Below are positions 54,015 to 64,000 of a stretch of DNA of 64,000 nucleotides, piece by piece. This DNA is from Tubulanus polymorphus. Lineage: Eukaryota; Animalia; Nemertea. The notes below the pieces were generated by a model, which ran no database searches, was not told where the DNA came from, and saw nothing but the letters and a program-made list of their open reading frames with translations. Each line of letters begins with the position of its first letter. The stretch's first letter is position 1. The DNA lies in the NCBI RefSeq assembly GCF_964204645.1, contig NC_134035.1, forward strand, positions 13,824,686 to 13,888,685. The letters are read 5' to 3'. Position numbers and translations under genes: made by a program.

Positions 54015-57000
54015 TCATTGTGTAAAATACAATTCTTTCGTCAACGTGGAGTAAATCAGTGGCATTTGTTTTTTTTCATGCATTTCCTTATTTTTTGGGT
54101 TATTCGTTCCATATTCATACGCGACTTTACGGTTGACTCGTGTCAAGATTTTTACAAGGTCTAACTTGGTATAGTGTTCCTTCAAAACTTCACACAGAGC
54201 TTGTATAAACCATGATCCTGTCTGTGTATTCCTCCATGAAACGTAACCTGAAGAAAGAAAAAAAAATAATGGAATCACTTGTGCAGAATGGTGAACTGAG
54301 GTTGTGGTGTAGGCGGGTGGGTGTTGAATGGGCTCATTCATCCCATGGAATATGCCTTCACAGCACTGATAAGCGGTCATGAAATCGTGAGACGTACACA
54401 TGAGACCTTATTCACTAACGTCACGCAAGTTACTGTGCATGATTTGCGTTGCAAGACCATTTTGCGATAAAAATCATTTTGCGTTTTGTTGTATTCTTTT
54501 TCCAATGTTCTCATTTTACTGTTATCATTTTTAGCCCACTTTGGACTTTAGTCCCAGCTGGCTAATCAGTTCACACTTGTATTCTCCGTCCGTAGACAAT
54601 GTTGCGACTGACGATAGAAATAAACCCCCACTTTAGGCATAGAAAATAAAGGTATCAAAGTATTTTCAATCTATGGTAGTTACTAACAGAATAAGCCTAG
54701 GCTCAAATAAGTAATACCCTGTGGGCGGTTCCACAGTCATTTCCTAGACTTATAACAAGTATATAGACCAACTTAGTTCTATAGCCAACAGTATAAAACC
54801 AACTTGGCCAATCTAACAACTTAAGACCAATCTTAAGATATAACACCACTTTTGGACTTAAGTCACAACACTATGTGCAACTGGGCCCAGGACCACAGTT
54901 CCACAGTAATGGCTTAATCTTATAACAAGTATAAGACCAACTTAGTTCAATAGCCAATCTAATAAATTAAGACCAGACTTAAGATTTAAGACCACTTTTG
55001 GACTTAAGTCACAACACTATGAGCGCAACTGGGCCCTGAACCACAGTTCCACAGTTCCACAGTTGTGACTTCAGATTTGACTCAGAGTTAAAACATTGAT
55101 AATGAACTAATTTTAACTCAGAGTTAACTCACTGGAACTCGTGGAATTGGGTCCTGTTTATCATTTCTCTCACTCTAGACACTAAATCCCAAAGGTGTTT
55201 ATTGTTAATCTTAACATGGACGTAGATTGGTTGAATTCTAACCTGGAACAGTTGCGCTGGCGATCAGGAAATCAGCTTCAGTCGGGATTTGTGATCTACC
55301 ATCAACATCAACATCGACTGCAGAATCGTATAATTCACCTGTACGTCCGCAATAAGGAACCTGTCAATGAGAATGAGGAATTCTATTATTGAATAGCAAA
55401 ACGAGACAAGAAGCAGAATAGGTGAACTTCGGTTATCTGAGTTAGTCGACTATAGTCGAACTAAACGAAACCGAATGTCCGTTAGTCGGAACTATGGTCC
55501 GGAAATGGTCGACCATGAGATTGAGCGCGGTCGTTGTAGTTCCGACCCATTTTCAAGATGGCCGACACTGTGAAATAAGTTACGACCGAACTATAGTGTG
55601 TTCGGTTATTAGTTCCAACCACTTGTTGACTAGCTACGAAAACCGAATTTGGCCCTAGCCGCCAGCCTGCCATAGTAAAGCCCAGTGGAAGACAGTGTCT
55701 TCAAAACGTCCTAAATAACTGGATTATGACTTGAATGTACAACGGACGAAAAGTGAACACAATGAAATCATTTCGGGATAATATTGTAACTTGTTCAATA
55801 ATGTTCTTACCTTAGTAAAGAATAGTTTTGGTTTTCCGGCTAAAGCTTCACACACATCACCCTTGAACGGTGCGAGTAGGTCATCAATGCGAACAGTTTC
55901 TCCATCAGTTCCAAGAAATGCACCGTCGGCTCCGTGACTAAGTATAGCACAAACAAATGCATCTGATTCCCTGTGTATATCATGTTTGGCAGCTGAAAAT
56001 TGAAGAATTTGAATTTTTCAATTTCAATTTCTTATCACAAAATTTGAGAAATAGAATCACGAGTTTGTGAGGGATATTAACTGATTTATAATGGGGATAC
56101 CCCCATAATTCCTCCGCCCAAAATAAATCCACTTTAGATCATACACCCAGAATCCCTCCACCCAAAATACCGTGTCCAAAATAAATTCGTTAGTCATACG
56201 ACTTTTAGTCTTTGTGCATTTAGTTTCCATCCAATATAGTCTTCAAAATTTAGTGTCCCTTCAAGGGACCCTAGTGTCCCTTAGGGTTAGGGTTAAGATA
56301 AAAATACAGATGATATGGCTGAATTCTTTTCACAATTTTGTCTTTACTAGAAAATATCTGAGGATAACAATATGGTAGTTGCATAAATTGCTGCGTAAAT
56401 TGATTAACTGTGAGTACCAACGATTTCAATTCTGATTCTGATTCTGATTCAATTCTGTAAGGTTATCATTGTAAAACGAGACTAGATTAAAGGGAACTAA
56501 TTCTAATTGATTATTCTTTTGAGAAACAATAAAAGGTTAATGGCTAGCAAGTGTAAACCATATTATTAGTTTTAGTTTAGTAAACATCCTCCTTAAAATA
56601 TCAGTGCTGAAGAAAAGTCGAAATTAGTAGAAGAATCGTATTTCTATGTCTTATCATAACGTTTCCAATGAACCATTTAAGTTTACAAAACTAATTTAAG
56701 ACTCATGAAAATATAATACTTGCCTTCATCCATTATAGATTTCATTTCCTTCGCCCATTGATTCATATAGACTTTAACATCGAAGCCTAAACCACTAAAC
56801 ACATTTAACAAAGACTTCACATCACCAAATTCGGTGCCGCTACCTTCAGTCGCGTGTTTAAATTCTTCATTTGATATAATAATAGCGAGGCCTCGGTGTT
56901 TATGATTCATATTGTATCTGTTCTCTTTTTCAGTTGAGGCGGTTTCAGTACTCCCTCTGACGGCTGGAGCGGGTACAGTGTTCCATTTGATGACTGCAGC

Positions 57001-58017
57001 GGGAGCAGTGTTTATACTATAAACGCGCAGTGAGTGTTTTTTATTAATGATTTCATAATGACGGATAACGACAGTGTTGCTGTCACACACTTGATGTATT
57101 TCACCTATATCACTGTCTGCAGAGTTGAATACTATACGCGGGTGATCTTTAAACCCCTCATCATTATATCCGATACTAATAACAGATCTTCCTCCGTTAT
57201 CAGTTCCAGAGTTTACCGATAGAAATACATGTTTGTCATTGATAACACACGGGTATCCAAACTGTGGATCAAATGTTAGTCCGCAATCCTTCATATAGAT
57301 AGAATCAACTTCTTTGGCGTCAGCTGTTAGATACAGCAATTTTGGATAAAGTAATTCATTTTTACTTCGACAGTAAACGAACATCCGTCCATTTGAGTCG
57401 ACATCAAAGCACTTGTTATAATAGGATTCTTCAAACAGCGGGAGCTGATGATTATTATTCCCTTGCTGATCATTCTTTAATTGGCCTCTATCAATCAACT
57501 TGACGTTTCCAGAATTTTTCAGTAAAGGTACAACATGGATTTCTCTCCCATCTGAGTGCAAGTAGATATTGTCACCACGGATTACTAGGGTTTTACATCT
57601 AGACCACAAATCAGAGATATCTTCTTCAATCAGTAGTGTCTGATCTCTATATTTTCTCAGGTAGTATCTGCTGCCTTTCAACACGAATAGAAACAAATAG
57701 CCGTTACTGTCAGCAGCGAGTCCTAGTATCTGATCACACTTTATAACGTATTTCTTCATTTCATTATTATCATCAATGAAATAAAGGCCTTTATCCGACT
57801 CCCACTGTGTAAATATTACACGTGACTGTTCACCCTTCTGCTTACCGGGTAACGACGTCAATAAATCGGGTTTGAAATTTGTCGGAATCTCCCGGACCTC
57901 CGTCAATTCATTGATGACACCATCGATGATATCAGTCACTTCAATTGGCTCGGGTTCGAAATTTGTCGGAATCTCTTTACCGATCTTCAATTCACTGGTG
58001 ACTTCAGTTGGCTCCAT
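54015..58017 (-). CDS. Caspase B: caspase-fold protein with a long N-terminal putative beta-propeller and a disrupted QACxG motif, ~608 aa. Exons 58017-56724, 55992-55811, 55360-55243, 54247-54015
   Basis: Same four-exon structure and phases as caspase A, frame intact (1827 nt). YNMNHKHRGLAIIISN, VCAILSHG, GKPKLFFTK|VPYCG, IPTEADFLIA, GYVSWRN..GSWFIQALC, KQMP..STLTKELYF. Confidence 0.9.
54722..55036. mobile_element. MITE family 2, two tandem copies in caspase B intron 3
   Basis: gaccaacttagttc.atagccaa core and ttttggacttaagtcacaac...gcaactgggccc end, each present twice. Confidence 0.7.
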
Positions 58018-60086
58018 TTTCTATCTCAATGTGTAAGTCGATGTTTAGATTCTGTTAGTCTAAACACGCTAGGTTACCCCTTGCAATGACGGCTAGATGC
58101 TAGACTGCATTCTCTGATTACAGGAAACAACTGCAATGGCTTAAGTATGGATTTCAGGACACGTGATCAAATTCATTAACAAGAGAACCAATGATCTGTG
58201 GGTTCGAAGTACGCATTCTCAAAAGCATTATTTTCAAATTGCACGCAGCGTTAGGCGTAGGGATAAGTTTGGTCCAAGTCTGTAGTAGAAAAAAGCGCAA
58301 GTGAATAACTCGGTTCTATTTCAGCAGTTCATTTACAATTAAGGATTCTATTTTGGTGCTTATGCTTTGGCTCTACTAAGGCTGCTATTTCTACCGTAAA
58401 GATAAAACAATACCAGGAGTTGCAATGTGTTCAAACTTTAGACCCGTCGTCAGAAAAAATCATCACACCAGCTTACACCGAATCGAGAGATCAGAAAAAT
58501 CAAGCAGAAAGCTTACTGTGCCGTCTCGTAAAAAAATACTAACCGAGTCGCTCGTTCTAAGACCAGTTGATAGATTGAGCCATTTCTGTTCAAAATATTG
58601 AAAATGCAGCAATGTATAGCGCCAACAATCCAACCGAACCGAATTCTCCGACAGAGAGCGTCGACACAGTAATGTTGGGAACGGGTTACGTACGTCCGTA
58701 ACAGTATCGAAAGGCGAAATTAGTTTGAAAGCGGAATTCATGTTTGACAGAGGGAGCATGATTTCCTACACGAATATTTCGGAATATTTTTGGTACACTT
58801 ATAGGGCATGTTTCTGGATGGCATTTTGTCCGGTTTTTTGGTGCGTCTTTGGAACGGATATGACGTAACAATCTCGGCACAATTTGTGGTATGTCCTCGG
58901 AAAGATGTTTGGCTCAAGTAGGGTATTGCCTAGTATAGTTCCATCGCGTATGCTTACTGCGTTGTTCGGTTTATGTGTATCCCAAAGAAAGTTGTCATGT
59001 CGACACATTCACATCGCCAGCCATTAACATTCCATGTGTCAACGTGTCGACCAACCAACAAATTAACTATTAACGATTTATTAACCTGATACACCAAACA
59101 CACCACGTGACCAAACACATAATAAACCCCATACTTAAAATACAAATTGCATTTGTATTTTTCTTTAGTCAATTCCAGTTCTCTGATATTAGTTTCAACA
59201 CGGTTAAGCATTCAAATTCACAGGAGATTCATTATTTATTTTCATCACTGTTTTGTGGTCACCCGTCAACAACTTAAGGTAACCGCACAACTTATTAACT
59301 CTACGCCAAGGCACTATACTATGCTATATCCGACTTGGGCCAGATGTTTTTCTATGTTTTCTTTTCAAACACGTGAAAACCACTTGCAATTTCTGAGATC
59401 TAATCTGCGCAAGCCCGCTGTTGATTGGCTGATTATTTCAAACTATTTCTCGGCTGAAACGACAGCTAGATAGAACGAACGATGATGAATGACCAGTATT
59501 GATATCGGCTATTTTTTGTTAATGTATCAGACAATTTTGTCGTTTAATCCCACCATTAGACCGCCGCACGCATTAAACGATTAACTGTTGGGGATCACTA
59601 ACAAATTATGCTGAATATTCTAAATTATAATGTAGTTTCCATTATCGCTTATAACGGAAAATATTGACCAGCATTAAGAATACATTCTCTTTATAATGAT
59701 CTCAAGTGGAGATTCGTGCTTTTGGCTTTTGTTTCAAATTTTACAGATTTTAATCTTTAAATCTTCATTGGGTGCGTACTTTTTTGAACAGCCGTACTTT
59801 CGAATTTCTATGTTAATTTATAACAACTCTTTCGCGCATATTGACCTAAAGTTGGTGAGGTGCTCACTTCTAATAAATACATTCATATTCTAATATGTGT
59901 ATGGCTGTCCGGTGACAAATTTCTTGATTATATTATTCACTTGTCTAACTCATATTTTTTGACAACCAGAAACCAGCTACTTGTTTTACTCTAAAACGAA
60001 CCAATTTCAAGTCCATACCTCCTTTAAATTTAAGTTATCGCCTTCAAGCGTCTCGACTTGAATACTCTGGAATTAATTCATTCATT

Positions 60087-60225
60087 CCACCTGATGATGG
60101 CTGTTAGTCAACAGCCGAAACGCTGTGGTTTCGTAATAATAAATTTGATCGTATAATTTTAAATTCGAAGTGTGGGATTTCTTCATTTATCTACAGTATA
60201 CACGGATTATAGTGTTTATTCGACA
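60087..60225 (+). mobile_element. Third Penelope-like hammerhead element, probably degenerate
   Basis: CCAC-CTGATGA-T-GGCTGTT(agtc)AACAGCC-GAAA-CGCT-GTGG. The downstream gtgggatttc and tacacggat motifs are shared with the 20.4-kb copy. Confidence 0.6.
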
Positions 60226-60779
60226 ACTAACTCTGTAATCAATTTTTACTAATCTGTTCATCCATTTTTTACTTCAGGAGACCTAGGCTTAGGCCTACTG
60301 CTGTTGTATCTGCCGCTGGTGAAAAAATACAGATTATTATTTCTCGATGACTAAATGATAAATCTAAATTCAAGTATTTATTCATAGGTGTGTCTTTTTG
60401 ATGTCATTGAATACTTCACTAAAATCAGGGGAAAAAAACGATACAAAAAATTACAATTTTCCACTAAAATCTCAGTTATTTTATTGTTATTGAAACTTAT
60501 TGGGGCGGTTTAATTTTTTACGAATTCTTTACGATAAGATAAGCAAAGTCATTCTCATGTTCCCTCATATTATGTTTGGAATTCATAAGACTACAACCAT
60601 ATGCTCGGTGTATATATATCTTTTATCTATATATATACGCCGAGCATACAAAATGGGCTATGACTGTTCCATTATTATGAGTGGTAGAGTTACCCTAGAT
60701 TTAGAATCAGTTCTTTATCAATGTTTTAAATTAAAAATCAAATTCAACTCAATCTTTACAGCTCCAACCAAGGTAAACC

Positions 60780-60920
60780 GAGGAAACACAAGGACAGGGA
60801 AACATAGGTACAGGGAAACACAAGAACAGGGAAACATAGGTACAGGGAAACATAGGTACAGGGAAACATAGGTACAGGGAAACATAGGTACAGAGAAACA
60901 TAGGTGTAGGGAAACAGGTA
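60780..60920. repeat. 18-bp minisatellite
   Basis: Unit acagggaaacataggt. Confidence 0.8.
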
Positions 60921-62249
60921 CGCTCGGGTTTATCGAAAACCACTCTATGAATCCCCTGCAGCATCAGGAACTGTTTTCAACTATCTGCATTTCTACTTAA
61001 AACCTCATGCACTACTAAATCTATGGCGCCATATGTAGGACAACATTATTACAAGTCGACTTTTGGTGCATCGTCCTTGCTGTTTCTTGTTAGTCGTTTG
61101 CATTGGAAAGTCGATTTGTTGAATAAACCCATTGACACGACGACTGTCGACAAGTCGCAATTATAAGGTCACGAAAAGTCACCGATATGGAAGACGAAGA
61201 CGCCAGGAATAAATAAGTCAATTTGTCGCGTGGAAAATGGTCGAGAAAACGAAATAGGTCGTCGAATATTTACGTCACATATTCATATCGACTTGACGCG
61301 ATTGAGATGGCACGCGACAACTCGAGGCCCCTTATCGCTCCTGTACATATATACTGTCAAAATAAAGCATCAAATTTATACGTCAAACGTTCATATTTTC
61401 AAGTCAAACTTTCATATTTTACGCATCAAACTTTCATATTTTACGCATCAAAGTTTCCAAAAACCTTACATTCGTGTTAATACAGTGGAAACTCGTTGAT
61501 ACTTGGGGCAATAGAAAATCATTAACACAAATTTTGTAACAAGCTGCAATCAAACGACGAAAATTGTCCGCCTATCGATTCTTCAAGCCTTCGTGTTCTA
61601 TTTTTGACCTGTATGTTTACACGATTCTGAATAATGGAAATAAGGAGACAAAACGAAATAATAAAACAATTTTTTCGAAATTCATTTGTTCATTGATAAA
61701 ACTCTCGACACGATGTCAAATGTTATTGTAATTCAGCACGATGTCAAATGTTGTATTGATGGTTGATGTACTCGTATTAAACGCATTGAGGGAAATGAGA
61801 CACATGGACCAAAAACCTTAAATCGTTTTAACGATTTTCTCGTCGTTCACAATATTGAACCGATTGAACCGATTGAACCGAGTTTTTACTACATGTATTT
61901 ATTTATGCTACATTCGCCCGGGACAAACGAACATCCAGCTCGCTATACCGCGAGTATCGTGTTGTTATAGGCCGCCATGTATTAGTGAGATTCAAATGAA
62001 CAATTATTTTTATGAGAGCTCGATGACAATATCAACTCTTCATAAATCCGATTCCTTTGCATCAAGTGAGGATCTGAAAATGACTCGTTGTTCTTCATCT
62101 GTAATATATCTGATCATCTCAAAATGCAGGAATGATCTATTGAAATATTCTACTGGTATAGGAATTATGGAATTATTGCATATAGACGCAGAATGTTGAT
62201 ACGAGCCACAACATGTCCACAATCAACAATCGAGTTGATGTATTTTGTC

Positions 62250-62930
62250 GGGACAGTGACTCATCAGTATTTGAATTACAGCCCTTCTTATCATATCTCA
62301 TACAAACAATTTTATCGAGACATTGTTCATTACGTGAGTCACCGCGGGGAACTGACTAATCTGTACTTTTGAATTACGACCTTCTTATCATATGATAGAT
62401 TAATTTTTTGTCGTTATTTTTTGAATCGGGTAATAAACAAACCGATAAAGAATTTTGATTTGCAGCCCTTCTTATCAAATCTGGTGATATAGTTATTTGT
62501 TTTGTGTCGCAGATAACAAACCGATAAAAAACCATTTGAAGGAAATTTTTATCTAGACAGTTTTATGTGGTTACCAGGGAAATGACGTAACAGTACTTGA
62601 ATTGCAGTACCTTCTTATCAAATCTGGTGATATAATATTATTTGTTTTGTGTCCCAGGTGATAAACACCGATAAAGAAATCATTGGAAGAACAATTTTGT
62701 CTGGACATTTTTATGTGGTGACACCGGGGGCAGTAACCAATCAGTGCTTTGAATTGCCGATGTTCTTATCAATTCTCTTAAGATAGATTTGTTTTCAAAC
62801 CATTGAAGAACCATTTTACTAAGACATTTATTACGTGTCACCGGGTGCGGGTGGTTTCTGAATTTTCGGCCATTATTTTATCAGTTTATCTTAATAACAG
62901 CCAATCAGACGTTTTGAATTAAAGCCCCTT
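62250..62930. repeat. Degenerate ~110-160-bp tandem repeat
   Basis: Recurrent ttgaattgcagcccttcttatca(a/t)atc and accgataaa blocks. Confidence 0.6.
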
Positions 62931-62977
62931 CTTTAAGTGATCAATCAGACGAATGATATGAGCCTGTTCCCACATAG

Positions 62978-63970
62978 CTGATTATGGGGGGGGGTGTAAT
63001 GATCACAGCACACAGCTTCATTCCACACATCTCACAAGATCTCTGAGTCCTCAATATCAAAATAACAAATTCAAAGAAAATGAAATTTATTTTGCATCTT
63101 CAAAATATTCATTGATTACACATCATGGAACAAAACACTGATCCAACTATGAACACTTTATTAACAAGGAATAGTGACGTTTCTTGTGGGTAAAACCCAA
63201 AAAATATATAGTGTCTCAATGAATCTTAATTTTACAACCGTAATTACCCCCTTGAGTTGAAAAAAAACCCAGGTTCAAGTAAAAACTACATGTAGTTATA
63301 GTTTTGTAATTTACTTCTTAATAACTCGAAGTAAACTTAGTTAATTTTTGATTAATTACGACCGGGACCCGCTTCCACATTGACCGACTACAAAAATGAA
63401 TTCATTTCTAGTTCCACACAGTGTTTTAGTTTGAGGTCAAACATTTGGAAATAAATGGACTAACATAAACTCAGATCAAGGGGGCTCAGATTTATGGAAC
63501 TGGGTTCCCGCGGGGAGGGGCGGGGTGCCTGGTAACTATGTACACAATATTTTATCTAAATGGCTCGTGTCATGAACGCGTGTTATGTTGGTACTGTTTA
63601 TCTTATTTTGTTTGATTTAGCAACCATTAGTCTGGAATCGTTCATCACGGACGTCTTCTGTTGACATTGAGTCACCGCACTTACCTAACCCTACGAGCAA
63701 TTACCTCAGCAAATATAATTGAGATCATGAATTACTAGTAGCCTAACCCTAAATAACCGGCCTAAATCAAGTGTGTAAATCCTCACTGACGTAACTATTT
63801 CCGTTTTGGACATAGTTAGTATTTCCGTTCCTTCATCATCATGACTAACTGACGATTATGGGGGGAGGGGGGATAATTATCATTCCACACAGCTCACAAG
63901 GTCTCTGAGTCCTCAATATCAAAATAACGAATTCAAAGAAAATTTAATTTATTTTGCATCTTAAAAATAT
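62978..63970. repeat. ~130-bp direct repeat pair (62978-63110 and 63850-63970)
   Basis: cattccacaca.ctcacaag.tctctgagtcctcaatatcaaaataac.aattcaaagaaaat occurs twice. Confidence 0.8.
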
Positions 63971-64000
63971 GACATAAATTTAATTTCTATAATATACAAT

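Noticed and set aside
58400-62250. Short ORFs upstream of caspase B
   Set aside because: No recognisable domains and no consistent splice chain.

Overview
AT-rich, intron-rich eukaryotic (invertebrate metazoan, lophotrochozoan-like) genomic DNA, not prokaryotic. Seven multi-exon protein-coding genes can be spliced by hand into open frames: TMEM41B/stasimon (+), U1A/U2B''-family SNRPA/snf (-), VPS26 (+), SAP30BP (-), an ARM-TIR-SAM-like protein with an N-terminal myristoylation motif (+), and two tandem caspase paralogues (-). The main candidate system is the cluster at 39-58 kb. It holds a TIR protein retaining the NADase-type glutamate, an apparently active short-prodomain caspase (SHG/QACQG), and a paralogue in which QACxG has become KVPYCG and which carries a ~330-aa NHL-like beta-propeller region inside exon 1 (possible decoy or sensor pseudo-caspase). 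Other observations: a U1 stem-loop-II-like hairpin in the SNRPA 3' UTR, a U12 intron and duplicated terminal exons in TMEM41B, tandem arrays of splice sites in VPS26 and SNRPA, and three Penelope-type hammerhead elements. The first 16 kb is repeat-rich: a 2-kb direct duplication, minisatellites, a ~220-unit CAG tract and a possible orphan or non-coding spliced unit. All gene models are manual and have no transcript support.
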